Positions 10,151 to 21,053 of a stretch of 64,000 nt of DNA are shown here, one piece after another. This DNA comes from an uncultured Bordetella sp. GTDB taxonomy: Bacteria > Pseudomonadota > Gammaproteobacteria > Burkholderiales > Burkholderiaceae_A. Below the pieces are notes generated by a model. That model was not told the DNA's origin. It worked only from the letters and a program-made list of their open reading frames with translations, and searched no databases. The first letter of the stretch is position 1. The number at the start of each line of letters is the position of its first letter. Where the stretch lies: positions 13,884 to 77,883 of the forward strand of contig CAYTRY010000005.1 of the NCBI GenBank assembly GCA_964440375.1, given 5' to 3'. Made by a program: the position numbers and the translations under genes.

Positions 10151-12382
10151 TTATCTCAGGCCAACACTGGCCACGCCTACGCCCGGCCGGCTCTCCTGGG
10201 TGTAGAACTCGCCCCCGATATTCAGTACGCCATTGGGCATCGCGCGACTGCTGGCGGGCGCCTTGGCAAGCGCGACTTTGGCGAACTCCATCCAGATGGG
10301 CAGCGCAAGGCCGCCGCCAGTCTCGCGGTCGCCCAATTTTCTTGGCTGATCAAAACCCACCCAGGCCACTCCCACCATGCTGGCGTTATAGCCCGCGAAC
10401 CAGGCATCCATGGAGTCATTGGTCGTACCCGTTTTGCCTGCCAGATCCGCGCGTCCCAGAGATAAGGCCCGCATCGCCGTTCCTGATCGCACGACCTCCT
10501 GCATCATGCTGTCGGCAATAAAGACATGCCGTGGATCCATCACCCGCTGACTCTCATTGCCTGCCTTGGTGGGCTGCGCCTTGGCCACGGTTTTTCCCTT
10601 GAGATCGACGATGCGATCGATCAGGTAGGGATTAATCCGAAAGCCGCCATTGGCAAAAACGGCATAGCCACCCGCCATTTGCATCAGGCTAACCGAGCCG
10701 GCGCCGAGCGCCATGGTGAGGTAGGGCGGATTCTTCTCGGGCTCAAATCCGAATCGTGTGATGAAGTCTTGCGCATATCGGGGGCCGATGGAGTGCAGCA
10801 CACGGATCGAGACCATATTCTTCGATTTGGCCAAGCCGGTTCGCATACTCATCGGACCATCAAATTTCCCATCGTAATTTTTGGGCTCCCAGGCCTGGCC
10901 GCCGGTCTGGCCTGGATCAAACTGCACCGGCGCATCGTTGATGATGGTGGCCGGAGAAAACCCCCGATTTAAAGCGGCTGCATAGATAAAGGGCTTAAAC
11001 GCAGACCCCGGCTGCCGCCAGGCCTGTGTGACACGGTTAAATTTATTGCGATTAAAGTCAAAGCCTCCCACCAGTGCGCGGACTGCGCCTGTCTGGGGAT
11101 TTAATGCCACAAAGCCGGATTCGACTTCCGGCATTTGTGTAATTTCAAAGTTATTATCGGCCAGCCGCACAATGCGAACGACCGCGCCACGCCGCAGACG
11201 CTTTGCCGGCGGTGCCACTGAGGACAGGCCGGGGCTTGCAAACTTTAATCCATCACCCGAGATCTCGATCCGTTGGCCGCGGGCCCGACGAACCACGACC
11301 TTCGTATCGCTGACATCAATCACAATTGCAGTCAGCAGTTCATCGCTATCGGGCCGATCGTTTAAGGCGTCTTCGATCGCATCCTCTTGGGCGTCGCGCG
11401 CGCTTGGCAGTGTGATAAATGCCTCGGGCCCACGCCAGCCTTGGCGCCGGTCGTACTCCATCAGGCCATTGCGGACCGCTTTATGAGCGGCCCGCTGCTC
11501 TTCGGCTGTGATCGTGGTGTAGACCGTCAGGCCGCGGGTGTAGGCCTCTTCTTTGTATTGATCAAAGACCAGCTGGCGAACCATCTCAGCGATGTAGGGG
11601 GCCCGCACTGGGAAATCATCGATTCGGCCAATGACCGTGATTTTTTCTTTTTTCGCGGCCTCGGCCTGCCGTGGGTTAATGAGGCCAAGCTTCTCCATTC
11701 GGCCGAGCACGTAATGCTGCCGCAGTGTTGCCCGCCGCATATTGGCAGCTGGGTTAAATGCCGAGGGTGCCTTGGGCAGGCCCGCCAGCATTGCGGCCTC
11801 AGCCAGCGTGATTTGTGAGATCTCTTTGCCGAAATAGGTCTGTGAGGCCGCGGCAAAACCGTAGGCCCGCTTGCCCAGATAAATCTGATTTAAGTAAAGC
11901 TCAAGAATCTGATTCTTGGTGAGCTTGCGCTCGATTTCAGAGGCGAGCAGCACCTCATAGATTTTTCTTGTGAATGTTTTTTCTGATGATAGAAAAAAGT
12001 TTCTCGCGACCTGCATGGTGATGGTGCTGGCCCCCTGGGACTTGCTGCCGGAAAACACGTTGGCGACCATGGCACGGGCAATGCCGAGAAAATCAATGCC
12101 ACGGTGCTGAAAGAAGGAGTCGTCTTCGGCGGCCAGAATGGCCTGCACCAGGACCTTGGGCACATCGGGCAGCCGGACCAGGCTGCGACGCTCTTCGCCA
12201 AACTCTCCGATCAGCACGCCATCGGCCGTCAGGACACGCAGCGGCATTTTCGGCTGGTAATCTGCCACGGCATTAATCGGCGGCAGTCGGGGGGTGGCCA
12301 GGGCGATCACCAGCAGGCCGATGGCCACAACTGCCACCAATGCCGCAATAAGAATTCCGAGCCAACGCAGGACCACACCCAT
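10151..12382 (-). CDS. mrcA: Penicillin-binding protein 1A
   Basis: N-terminal TM; transglycosylase EDDSFFQHRG, GASTITMQ; transpeptidase SAFK, SKN, KTG; start ATG 12382 avoids overlap with aroK. Confidence 0.96.
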   Translation of the reverse strand: MGVVLRWLGILIAALVAVVAIGLLVIALATPRLPPINAVADYQPKMPLRVLTADGVLIGEFGEERRSLVRLPDVPKVLVQAILAAEDDSFFQHRGIDFLGIARAMVANVFSGSKSQGASTITMQVARNFFLSSEKTFTRKIYEVLLASEIERKLTKNQILELYLNQIYLGKRAYGFAAASQTYFGKEISQITLAEAAMLAGLPKAPSAFNPAANMRRATLRQHYVLGRMEKLGLINPRQAEAAKKEKITVIGRIDDFPVRAPYIAEMVRQLVFDQYKEEAYTRGLTVYTTITAEEQRAAHKAVRNGLMEYDRRQGWRGPEAFITLPSARDAQEDAIEDALNDRPDSDELLTAIVIDVSDTKVVVRRARGQRIEISGDGLKFASPGLSSVAPPAKRLRRGAVVRIVRLADNNFEITQMPEVESGFVALNPQTGAVRALVGGFDFNRNKFNRVTQAWRQPGSAFKPFIYAAALNRGFSPATIINDAPVQFDPGQTGGQAWEPKNYDGKFDGPMSMRTGLAKSKNMVSIRVLHSIGPRYAQDFITRFGFEPEKNPPYLTMALGAGSVSLMQMAGGYAVFANGGFRINPYLIDRIVDLKGKTVAKAQPTKAGNESQRVMDPRHVFIADSMMQEVVRSGTAMRALSLGRADLAGKTGTTNDSMDAWFAGYNASMVGVAWVGFDQPRKLGDRETGGGLALPIWMEFAKVALAKAPASSRAMPNGVLNIGGEFYTQESRPGVGVASVGLR

Positions 12383-12416
12383 AAGCGCAAGTGTATCGCC
12401 TGCTAGACTGCATTCC

Positions 12417-12950
12417 ATGCGAAACATCGTGTTTATTGGCCTGATGGGCGCTGGAAAAACCACCGTGGGCAAGCGGCTGGCCAAGCGCCATGGGCTGCCG
12501 TTTCTGGATACGGATCAGGAAATCGAGCGGCGCTGTGGCGCGAGTGTCTCGACCATTTTCGATCTGGAGGGCGAGGCTGGCTTTCGTCGGCGTGAAGCAA
12601 AAATGATTGCGGAGGCGATGGCCCTTCAGGACACAGTCGTGACCACGGGCGGCGGCGCAATTTTGTTGGAAGAAAATCGCAAGGCCCTCAGCCAAGGATT
12701 TGTGATCTATCTGGATGCACAGCCGCAGCATCTCTGGGCCCGTCTTAAGCTCGACACCAGCCGGCCGCTTTTAAAACAATCCTCTGATCCGCGGGCCACC
12801 CTGGAGGCGCTTTACCGGGATCGCGATTCCCTTTATCGCGCGATTGCGAATCTGATTGTTCCCACGACCCGTGCCTCGGTGACGGTCGTTATGCGCGCGA
12901 TTGAGCAGGGCCTTAGTGATGCAGGATATTTCCATCATGAAAACGCTTAA
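12417..12950 (+). CDS. aroK: Shikimate kinase
   Basis: [10 protein letters not shown]-loop, [20 protein letters not shown]. Confidence 0.96.
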   Translation: MRNIVFIGLMGAGKTTVGKRLAKRHGLPFLDTDQEIERRCGASVSTIFDLEGEAGFRRREAKMIAEAMALQDTVVTTGGGAILLEENRKALSQGFVIYLDAQPQHLWARLKLDTSRPLLKQSSDPRATLEALYRDRDSLYRAIANLIVPTTRASVTVVMRAIEQGLSDAGYFHHENA

Positions 12951-14037
12951 GGTGTCACTTGGTGATCGGAGTTATCCGATCTGGATTGGTTCAGGCGTCA
13001 ATCGTCTGCAGTCGTGTTGGCAGGAGGCGCTGGCACCGGGCCGCGTTGCCCTTGTAACCAATGATCGTGTTGGCCCCCTGTATGCCGAGGCAATCGCGCA
13101 GCAGCTGCGCGAGTGGAAATTTTCAGTCGTGGTGATTCAGCTGCCGGATGGTGAGCAGACCAAAGACTGGCAGCATCTGAATCTGATTTTTGATCAGCTG
13201 ATGGCACATCGATTTGAGCGTGGCGAGACACTCGTGGCACTCGGCGGCGGTGTTGTCGGTGATATGGCAGGCTTTGCGGCGGCCTGCTATCAGCGCGGCA
13301 TGCGATTCGTTCAGGTACCGACAACGCTGCTTGCGCAGGTAGATTCATCGGTCGGCGGAAAGACCGCAATCAACCACCCGCTGGGCAAAAATATGATCGG
13401 CGCTTTTTATCAGCCCGCCGCAGTGCTGATTGATACCGACACACTGGCCACCTTAGCCCCCCGTGAGTTCAGCGCTGGTCTTGCGGAAGTCATTAAGTAC
13501 GGCTGTATTTTGGATGCTGAATTTTTTTCTTGGCTTGAGCAATCCATTGATGCTTTGCTTGCGCGCGAGCCCGCTGCACTGACGACAGCCATTACGCGTT
13601 CCTGCGAACTGAAGGCCCAGGTCGTGGCGGCCGATGAGCGCGAGTCAGGCCTGCGGGCGATTTTGAATTTTGGCCATACCTTTGGCCATGCCATCGAGGC
13701 GGGCTTAGGCTTCGGGTCCTGGCTGCATGGTGAGGCGGTCGGCTGCGGCATGGTCTTGGCAGCCGATCTCTCGCGCCGACTCGGTGGCATTACTGCGGAG
13801 CAGCAGCAGCGTATTGTTCGGCTGGTAGCCCGGGCAGGCCTTCCCGTTGTTCCACCGAAATGGCCCGCGGCCCGTTACCTTGAGCTGATGTCGCATGACA
13901 AAAAGGCCCAGTCCGGCCGAATTCGTTATGTGGTGCTGCGCAGCATGGGTGCCGCAGAGACTTCCGGAGTCGAATCGGAACTGATTACTGAGGTGATAGA
14001 AAAAGCGATTGCATCAGGGTCAGACTCAGGCGCATGA
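12937..14037 (+). CDS. aroB: 3-dehydroquinate synthase
   Basis: [44 protein letters not shown]. Confidence 0.97.
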   Translation: MKTLKVSLGDRSYPIWIGSGVNRLQSCWQEALAPGRVALVTNDRVGPLYAEAIAQQLREWKFSVVVIQLPDGEQTKDWQHLNLIFDQLMAHRFERGETLVALGGGVVGDMAGFAAACYQRGMRFVQVPTTLLAQVDSSVGGKTAINHPLGKNMIGAFYQPAAVLIDTDTLATLAPREFSAGLAEVIKYGCILDAEFFSWLEQSIDALLAREPAALTTAITRSCELKAQVVAADERESGLRAILNFGHTFGHAIEAGLGFGSWLHGEAVGCGMVLAADLSRRLGGITAEQQQRIVRLVARAGLPVVPPKWPAARYLELMSHDKKAQSGRIRYVVLRSMGAAETSGVESELITEVIEKAIASGSDSGA

Positions 14038-14832
14038 TGTAGACGATTAGTGCCCAAGAGGAAGCCATGGCGCGACAGGCCCGTGATGCACGTCCCGGAA
14101 GAACCTATCACTTGGTTCAGCGTGGGCATGATCGTGCCGAGATTTTTCGGGACGATCAGGATCGCAAGTCCTACCTCGAATCTTTTCTTCAGGCCGCGGT
14201 AAGTTTTGGCCTGCGCGTGCATGCATTTTGTTTGTTAAAAAGCGAGGCCCACTGGCTGGTCACGCCACAGCGTGCGGATGCCATGGCCGATGTCGTTCAG
14301 CAGGTTGGCCGCAGCTATGTCCGGCGATTTAATTCTCGGTGGTCACGGCAGGGCACGCTCTGGGAGGGCCGTTACCGCGCATATTGGATTGATGAGCCGG
14401 CCTTTGGACTCTTGGTGCAGCGGGCAATCGAATGCCTTCCTGCGCGTGAAGGCCTGTGCAGTCGGCCCGCCGACTGGGCCTGGTCAAGCCTGGCCAGCCA
14501 TCTTGGACAGATGCCCGAGCCACGACTGACCGCACTCCCGACTTATTGGTCAATGGGCAATACGCCCTTTGAGCGGGAGGCCAAATATTCCGGGGTCTTC
14601 GATCAGGCCCTGGCCGAAGACATTTGGGAAAACATCCGACGCGGGCTGGCCAGTGGCCGACCATGGGCCACCGAGCAGCTGATGGCCAGTCTTTCCGCAG
14701 AGGAGCGGGCCCGATGGGTCCGCAGGCCACGGGGCAGGCCGTCTAAGGGCAACGGGGAATTCTAATGAAATTATATGTCCCCTATTTTTATTGAAGATTG
14801 ACACAGGCCTTTTTAAATTATTGTCTGACCCC
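14017..14832. repeat. 9-bp inverted repeat bracketing the Y1 transposase-like gene, plus a related TGTCCCC copy
   Basis: GGGTCAGAC (14017-14025) is the reverse complement of GTCTGACCC (14823-14831); related TGTCCCC at 14776-14782. Confidence 0.55.
14067..14765 (+). CDS. Y1/HUH (RAYT-like, IS200 superfamily) transposase homolog, predicted catalytically inactive, with C-terminal AT-hook
   Basis: YHLVQRG, HAFCL, GTLWEGRY, W-x-WSS, RPRGRP; HUH position reads E60-A61-H62 and the RYIExNP motif reads RAIECLP; intact ORF with SD GAGGA at 14058-14062. Confidence 0.85.
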   Translation: MARQARDARPGRTYHLVQRGHDRAEIFRDDQDRKSYLESFLQAAVSFGLRVHAFCLLKSEAHWLVTPQRADAMADVVQQVGRSYVRRFNSRWSRQGTLWEGRYRAYWIDEPAFGLLVQRAIECLPAREGLCSRPADWAWSSLASHLGQMPEPRLTALPTYWSMGNTPFEREAKYSGVFDQALAEDIWENIRRGLASGRPWATEQLMASLSAEERARWVRRPRGRPSKGNGEF

Positions 14833-14905
14833 AAATAAAATTCAGTTTTTACAAGGCTTTAAGAGCGATTTTTTCTTGATGTGATGGCGGGCCCGCGGCT
14901 ATAGT
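14798..14905 (+). promoter_or_regulatory. AT-rich gltBD promoter region with two candidate sigma70 promoters
   Basis: TTGACA (14798-14803)-15 bp-TATTGT (14819-14824); TTGATG (14876-14881)-18 bp-TATAGT (14900-14905). Confidence 0.5.
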
Positions 14906-14935
14906 TGTCGGCCCGAAAACTTATTGCCACGCATC

Positions 14936-17900
14936 ATGATCTCCGCCCAAGGCCTCTACGACCCCCGAAACGAACACGACTCCTGCGGCGTCGGTTTTGT
15001 CGCCCACATCAAGGGCAGCAAATCCCACGAGATCGTCAGCCAGGGCCTGCTCATTCTTCGCAATCTTGATCATCGGGGCGCTGTTGGCGCCGACGCGCTC
15101 ATGGGCGATGGCGCGGGCATTCTGATTCAGATTCCCGATGCATATTTCCGAGAGGAAATGACCAAGCAGGGCGTGGCCCTGCCGCCGCCGGGGGAGTACG
15201 GCGTGGGCCAGGTGTTTTTGCCGAAAGAGAGCGCCTCTCGGCTGGCCTGCGAACAGGAATTAGAGCGTGCCGTTCGGGCCGAAGGCCAGGTGGTTTTGGG
15301 CTGGCGTGATGTGCCCACCAATCGTGACATGCCGATGTCACCCCGTGTGCGCGATAAAGAACCCGTGATGCGGCAGATCTTTATCGGACGTGGCGCCGAT
15401 GTGATTGTGCAAGATGCGTTGGAGCGCAAGCTTTACGTCATACGCAAGACTGCCTCGAGTGCGATTCAGCGACTTCGGCTCACGCACAGCCAAGAGTATT
15501 ACGTACCCAGCATGTCGAGCCGCACCATTGTCTACAAGGGCCTGCTGCTTGCCGATCAGGTCGGCGACTATTACCTGGATCTCCAAGATTCGCGCTGCAC
15601 TTCGGCCCTGGCCCTGGTCCATCAGCGTTTCTCTACCAACACCTTCCCACAGTGGTCACTGGCCCATCCTTATCGAATGGTGGCCCACAACGGTGAAATC
15701 AACACCGTCAAGGGCAATTACAACTGGATGCGGGCCCGCGAGGGTGTGATGAGCTCGCCCGTGCTGGGCGCGGATTTGCAAAAGCTTTATCCGATCAGTT
15801 TTGCAGGTCAATCGGATACGGCGACCTTCGATAACTGTCTTGAGCTGCTGGTGGCCTCCGGATATCCGATGGCCCAGGCGGCCATGATGATGATTCCCGA
15901 GCCCTGGGAGCAGCACGCCACTATGGACGAAACGCGTCGGGCGTTTTATGAGTACCACGCCGCGATGCTGGAGCCCTGGGATGGCCCCGCCTCCATCGTG
16001 TTTACCGATGGACGGCAGATTGGTGCGACCCTGGATCGCAATGGCCTGCGGCCCTCGCGCTACTGCATTACAGATGACGATCTGGTGATCATGGCTTCTG
16101 AGTCGGGCGTCTTGCCTGTGCCCGAGTCCAAGATCGTCCGCAAGTGGCGACTGCAGCCGGGGAAAATGTTTTTGATTGATCTTGAGCAGGGCCGAATGAT
16201 CAATGACGAGGAGCTCAAGTCCTCGTTGAGCAAAGCCAAGCCATATAAGCAGTGGATCGAGAATCTTCGCATTCGGCTCGATTCCTTGGGCCAGGCCGAT
16301 CGTTCCCCGGAGACTGGGCAAAGCCGGGTCAGTCTGTTGGATCGGCAGCAGGCCTTTGGCTACAGCCAAGAGGACCTCAAGTTTTTGATGGCCCCCATGG
16401 CGGCCAATGGCGAAGAGGCGGTGGGATCGATGGGCAACGACACGCCGCTGGCTGTCCTGTCCGATAAAAACAAGCCGTTATACAACTATTTCAAACAGCT
16501 CTTTGCGCAGGTGACCAATCCGCCGATTGATCCGATTCGGGAGGCGATTGTGATGTCGCTGGTCTCGTTTATCGGGCCCCGGCCGAATCTCTTGGACATC
16601 AACCAGGTGAACCCGCCGATGCGGCTTGAGGTCAGTCAGCCGATTCTTGATTTTGCAGACATGCAGCGGCTGCGCGACATCGAGCAGCATACCCAGGGCA
16701 AATTCAAGAGCTATGTGCTGGACATCACCTATCCCCTGCAGTGGGGCCGTGAGGGCGTGGAAGCCAAGCTCGCATCGTTGTGTGCCGAAGCGATTGATGC
16801 GATTCAGTCGGGTAAAAACATTCTGATTGTGAGTGACCGCAATATCGGGCCCCAGTCGGTGGCGGTGCCTGCGCTGCTTGCGCTCTCAGCGATACACCAG
16901 CACCTGGTCCGCGAGGGCAAGCGCACGCTGGCCGGCCTGGTGGTAGAGACGGGCTCCGCCCGCGAGGTCCATCATTTCGCGGTGCTGGCGGGCTATGGCG
17001 CAGAGGCCGTGCATCCGTATCTCGCCATGGAGACACTGGCCGCCCTGCATCAGGATCTTCCGGCAGAGCTCTCAGCAGAGAAGGCGATTGCCAATTACGT
17101 GAAGGCCATCGGCAAGGGCCTTTCAAAAATTATGTCCAAGATGGGCATTAGCACCTACATGTCCTACTGTGGCGCGGCGATCTTTGAGGCCATTGGAATT
17201 AATCGCGACACGATTGATCAGTATTTCACGGGCACGCCCAGCCAAGTCGAGGGCATTGGTGTCTTTGAAATTGCCGAGGAGGCCATTCGCACCCATCAGC
17301 TGGCCTTTAGTAATGATCCGGTCTTGGCCGAAATGCTGGAGGCGGGTGGCGAGTATGCCTGGCGTGTCCGGGGTGAGTCGCATATGTGGACCCCTGATGC
17401 GATTGCCAAGCTGCAGCATTCGACACGGGCCAACAACTGGAACTCTTATAAAGAGTACGCGCAGATCATTAATGATCAGAGCCGTCGCCATATGACCTTA
17501 CGCGGACTGTTTGAGTTTCGCGTCGATCCTGCCAAGGCCATTTCGCTCGAAGAGGTGGAGCCCGCCAAAGAGATTGTGAAACGGTTTGCAACCGGTGCAA
17601 TGTCGTTGGGCTCGATTTCGACGGAAGCCCACACCACGCTGGCCATTGCCATGAATCGGATTGGCGGCAAGAGCAATACTGGCGAGGGCGGCGAGGATCA
17701 AAACCGTTATCGCAATGAGCTCAAGGGTATTCCGATTGCCAAAGGCACCCGTGTGTCGGAGATTATTGGTAAAGACGTGATTGAGGTGGACTACGAGCTC
17801 TCGGAAAACGATTCCTTGCGCTCGAAGATCAAGCAGGTGGCCTCGGGCCGTTTCGGCGTTACCGCGGAGTATTTGGTCTCAGCCGATCAGATTCAGATCA

Positions 17901-19555
17901 AGATGGCCCAGGGCGCGAAGCCGGGTGAGGGGGGCCAGCTGCCTGGCGGCAAGGTCTCGCAATACATCGGCAAGCTGCGGCACTCGGTGCCTGGCGTTGG
18001 GCTGATCTCGCCGCCGCCGCATCACGATATTTATTCGATCGAAGATCTGGCCCAGCTCATTCACGATCTCAAGAATGTGGCGCCCCACGCCTCGATCTCA
18101 GTCAAGCTGGTCTCCGAGGTCGGCGTAGGCACGGTCGCCGCTGGTGTTGCGAAAGCCAAGAGTGATCACGTTGTGATTGCTGGCCATGATGGCGGCACCG
18201 GCGCATCGCCCTGGTCGTCGATTAAGCATGCCGGCACTCCCTGGGAGATCGGCCTGGCGGAGACGCAGCAGACCCTGGTTTTAAACGGGCTGCGCAGCCG
18301 GATTCGTGTGCAGGCCGATGGTCAGATGAAGACCGGCCGCGACGTGGTGATTGGTGCGCTGCTGGGTGCCGATGAGTTTGGGTTCGCAACCGCACCGCTG
18401 GTGGTGGAGGGCTGCATCATGATGCGCAAATGCCATCTGAATACCTGCCCGGTGGGCGTTGCCACCCAGGATCCAGTGTTGCGTAAGAAATTCACCGGTC
18501 GGCCAGAGCATGTCGTGAATTACTTTTTCTTTATCGCTGAAGAAGTTCGGCAGATCATGGCCCAGCTCGGCATCGCGCGGTTTGACGATCTGATTGGGCG
18601 CGCTGATCTTCTCGATACGCGCAAAGGCGTGGCCCACTGGAAGGCGCGGGGCCTGGATTTTTCTCGGCTCTTTTACCGGCCAACGGATGCCCATGGGCCG
18701 GTCTATCACACTGAGACGCAGGACCACGGCCTGAAGAAGTCTTTGGATAACGTCTTGATTGAAAAATCGCGTCCGGCCATTGAACGTGGCGAGCGGGTCC
18801 ATTTCATGGAAGTGGCCCGAAACGTCAATCGGACGGTTGGCGCAATGCTATCGGGTGCGCTGACGCGCCAGCATCCCGACGGACTTCCCGATGACACGAT
18901 TCGTATTCAACTCGAAGGCACGGGCGGCCAGTCGTTTGGCGCATTTCTCGCCAAGGGCATCACCTTGTATTTGATTGGCGATGCCAACGACTACACAGGC
19001 AAGGGCCTCTCGGGCGGCCGCGTGGTCGTGCGTCCGAGCATTGATTTTCGCGGCGTGGCCCATGACAACATCATCGTGGGCAATACGGTGCTCTATGGGG
19101 CTACTGCCGGTGAGGCCTTCTTTAGTGGCGTTGCCGGCGAGCGATTTGCAGTTCGGTTATCGGGTGCGACCGCTGTCGTGGAGGGCACGGGGGACCATGG
19201 CTGCGAATACATGACGGGCGGCAAGGTGGTGGTTCTGGGCAAGACGGGAAGAAACTTTGCTGCTGGCATGTCGGGCGGCTTTGCCTATGTATTTGATGAA
19301 GATGGCGGCTTTGCGAGCCGCTGTAATACCGCGATGGTCGCCTTAGAAAAATTGCCGGCCGAAGATGATGCAGAACTCAAGAAGCTCATCGAGGATCATC
19401 ACCGTTGGACCGGCAGCCGTCGGGCCCGCGAGATTTTGGATCAATGGGCATCGGCTCGGGAAAAATTTATCAAAGTCTTTCCGCATGAATACCGTCGCGC
19501 ACTCTCTGAGATGCAACAAAAGAAGGCAACACAAACAGACAAGGTGGCAGCATAA
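14936..19555 (+). CDS. gltB: Glutamate synthase large subunit
   Basis: EHDSCGVGF (Ntn Cys), [52 protein letters not shown]-terminal domain. Confidence 0.99.
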   Translation: MISAQGLYDPRNEHDSCGVGFVAHIKGSKSHEIVSQGLLILRNLDHRGAVGADALMGDGAGILIQIPDAYFREEMTKQGVALPPPGEYGVGQVFLPKESASRLACEQELERAVRAEGQVVLGWRDVPTNRDMPMSPRVRDKEPVMRQIFIGRGADVIVQDALERKLYVIRKTASSAIQRLRLTHSQEYYVPSMSSRTIVYKGLLLADQVGDYYLDLQDSRCTSALALVHQRFSTNTFPQWSLAHPYRMVAHNGEINTVKGNYNWMRAREGVMSSPVLGADLQKLYPISFAGQSDTATFDNCLELLVASGYPMAQAAMMMIPEPWEQHATMDETRRAFYEYHAAMLEPWDGPASIVFTDGRQIGATLDRNGLRPSRYCITDDDLVIMASESGVLPVPESKIVRKWRLQPGKMFLIDLEQGRMINDEELKSSLSKAKPYKQWIENLRIRLDSLGQADRSPETGQSRVSLLDRQQAFGYSQEDLKFLMAPMAANGEEAVGSMGNDTPLAVLSDKNKPLYNYFKQLFAQVTNPPIDPIREAIVMSLVSFIGPRPNLLDINQVNPPMRLEVSQPILDFADMQRLRDIEQHTQGKFKSYVLDITYPLQWGREGVEAKLASLCAEAIDAIQSGKNILIVSDRNIGPQSVAVPALLALSAIHQHLVREGKRTLAGLVVETGSAREVHHFAVLAGYGAEAVHPYLAMETLAALHQDLPAELSAEKAIANYVKAIGKGLSKIMSKMGISTYMSYCGAAIFEAIGINRDTIDQYFTGTPSQVEGIGVFEIAEEAIRTHQLAFSNDPVLAEMLEAGGEYAWRVRGESHMWTPDAIAKLQHSTRANNWNSYKEYAQIINDQSRRHMTLRGLFEFRVDPAKAISLEEVEPAKEIVKRFATGAMSLGSISTEAHTTLAIAMNRIGGKSNTGEGGEDQNRYRNELKGIPIAKGTRVSEIIGKDVIEVDYELSENDSLRSKIKQVASGRFGVTAEYLVSADQIQIKMAQGAKPGEGGQLPGGKVSQYIGKLRHSVPGVGLISPPPHHDIYSIEDLAQLIHDLKNVAPHASISVKLVSEVGVGTVAAGVAKAKSDHVVIAGHDGGTGASPWSSIKHAGTPWEIGLAETQQTLVLNGLRSRIRVQADGQMKTGRDVVIGALLGADEFGFATAPLVVEGCIMMRKCHLNTCPVGVATQDPVLRKKFTGRPEHVVNYFFFIAEEVRQIMAQLGIARFDDLIGRADLLDTRKGVAHWKARGLDFSRLFYRPTDAHGPVYHTETQDHGLKKSLDNVLIEKSRPAIERGERVHFMEVARNVNRTVGAMLSGALTRQHPDGLPDDTIRIQLEGTGGQSFGAFLAKGITLYLIGDANDYTGKGLSGGRVVVRPSIDFRGVAHDNIIVGNTVLYGATAGEAFFSGVAGERFAVRLSGATAVVEGTGDHGCEYMTGGKVVVLGKTGRNFAAGMSGGFAYVFDEDGGFASRCNTAMVALEKLPAEDDAELKKLIEDHHRWTGSRRAREILDQWASAREKFIKVFPHEYRRALSEMQQKKATQTDKVAA

Positions 19556-21022
19556 ATGGGCAAGATCACAGGCTTCATGGAGTTTGAGCGGCTAGAGGAA
19601 GGCTATTTACCGGTCGAGCAGCGACTCAAGAATTACAAAGAGTTTGTGATCGGCTTAGACGATACGCAGGCGAAGGTCCAGGCGGCCCGGTGTATGGATT
19701 GCGGCACCCCCTTTTGCAACAACGGCTGCCCAGTGAACAACATCATTCCGGATTTCAATGATTTGGTCTTCCGGCAGGATTGGAAGCATGCCCTGGAGAC
19801 GCTGCATTCGACCAATAACTTTCCTGAGTTCACCGGCCGTATTTGTCCTGCGCCCTGCGAGGCCGCCTGCACCCTCAACGTCAACGATGACCCCGTTGGC
19901 ATTAAGTCGATTGAGCACGCCATCATTGATCGTGGGTGGGCCGAGGGCTGGGTCGTGCCACAGCCAGCCCCTACAAAAACCGGCAAGACCGTTGCGGTCG
20001 TCGGCTCCGGTCCGGCGGGCCTTGCGGCGGCCCAGCAGCTTGCGCGGGCTGGACACACGGTGACCGTCTTTGAAAAAAATGACCGCATCGGTGGACTGCT
20101 GCGCTATGGCATTCCTGATTTCAAGATGGAAAAGATTCACATTGATCGGCGCGTGGAGCAGATGCAGGCCGAGGGCGTTATTTTTAAAACTGGAGTGCTG
20201 GTGGCAGCGCTGCCTGCCGAGGCCAAGGTCACCAACTGGGCGAAGACTTCAATCAGCCCGAAGGAGCTGATGGCCGCATTTGATGCGGTGCTGCTGACCG
20301 GTGGTGCCGAGCAGCCACGGGATCTGCCTGTGCCGGGCCGTGAGCTGCGTGGCATCCATTTTGCGATGGAGTTTTTGCCGCAGCAAAATAAGGTGAATGC
20401 AGGCGATCCGCTTGAGGGCCAGATCCGTGCTGACGGAAAGCATGTCATCGTGATTGGCGGTGGCGATACTGGCTCGGATTGTGTGGGCACATCGAATCGT
20501 CATGGTGCAGCAAGTGTGACCCAGTTTGAACTAATGCCACAGCCGCCCGAGCATGAGAACAAGGCCCTGACCTGGCCGTATTGGCCGATCAAGCTGCGGA
20601 CATCCTCCAGCCATGAAGAAGGTTGTGATCGGGAGTTCGCGATTGCGACCAAAGAGTTCATGGGCGAAAACGGACAGGTCACCGCCTTAAAGAGTGTGCG
20701 GGTCGAATGGAAAGACGGCAAGATGGTGGAGGTCGCCGACTCGGAGCAGATCCTGAAGGCCGATCTGGTCTTGTTGGCCATGGGCTTCGTTTCGCCGATC
20801 GGATCCATTGTCGAGGCATTTGGTGTCGATAAGGATGCACGTGGTAATGCGCGTGCCAGCACCGAGGGCGACCGTTGCTACGCCACAAACGTTAAAAAAG
20901 TGTTTGCCGCCGGAGATATGCGACGCGGCCAGTCACTGGTGGTCTGGGCGATCCGCGAGGGCCGCCAGGCGGCCCGGGCGGTGGACGAATTTTTGATGGG
21001 CGCATCGGCACTGCCGCGCTAA
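19556..21022 (+). CDS. gltD: Glutamate synthase small subunit
   Basis: [52 protein letters not shown]. Confidence 0.98.
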   Translation: MGKITGFMEFERLEEGYLPVEQRLKNYKEFVIGLDDTQAKVQAARCMDCGTPFCNNGCPVNNIIPDFNDLVFRQDWKHALETLHSTNNFPEFTGRICPAPCEAACTLNVNDDPVGIKSIEHAIIDRGWAEGWVVPQPAPTKTGKTVAVVGSGPAGLAAAQQLARAGHTVTVFEKNDRIGGLLRYGIPDFKMEKIHIDRRVEQMQAEGVIFKTGVLVAALPAEAKVTNWAKTSISPKELMAAFDAVLLTGGAEQPRDLPVPGRELRGIHFAMEFLPQQNKVNAGDPLEGQIRADGKHVIVIGGGDTGSDCVGTSNRHGAASVTQFELMPQPPEHENKALTWPYWPIKLRTSSSHEEGCDREFAIATKEFMGENGQVTALKSVRVEWKDGKMVEVADSEQILKADLVLLAMGFVSPIGSIVEAFGVDKDARGNARASTEGDRCYATNVKKVFAAGDMRRGQSLVVWAIREGRQAARAVDEFLMGASALPR

Positions 21023-21053
21023 ATGCACGCTGAGCAGAACCGGTAAATTTTCT

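Noticed and set aside
14067-14765. Active IS200/IS605 element or REP-array-associated RAYT
   Set aside because: Catalytic residues appear lost, there is no tnpB, and I saw no GTAG/CGTC REP hairpin arrays in the flanks.
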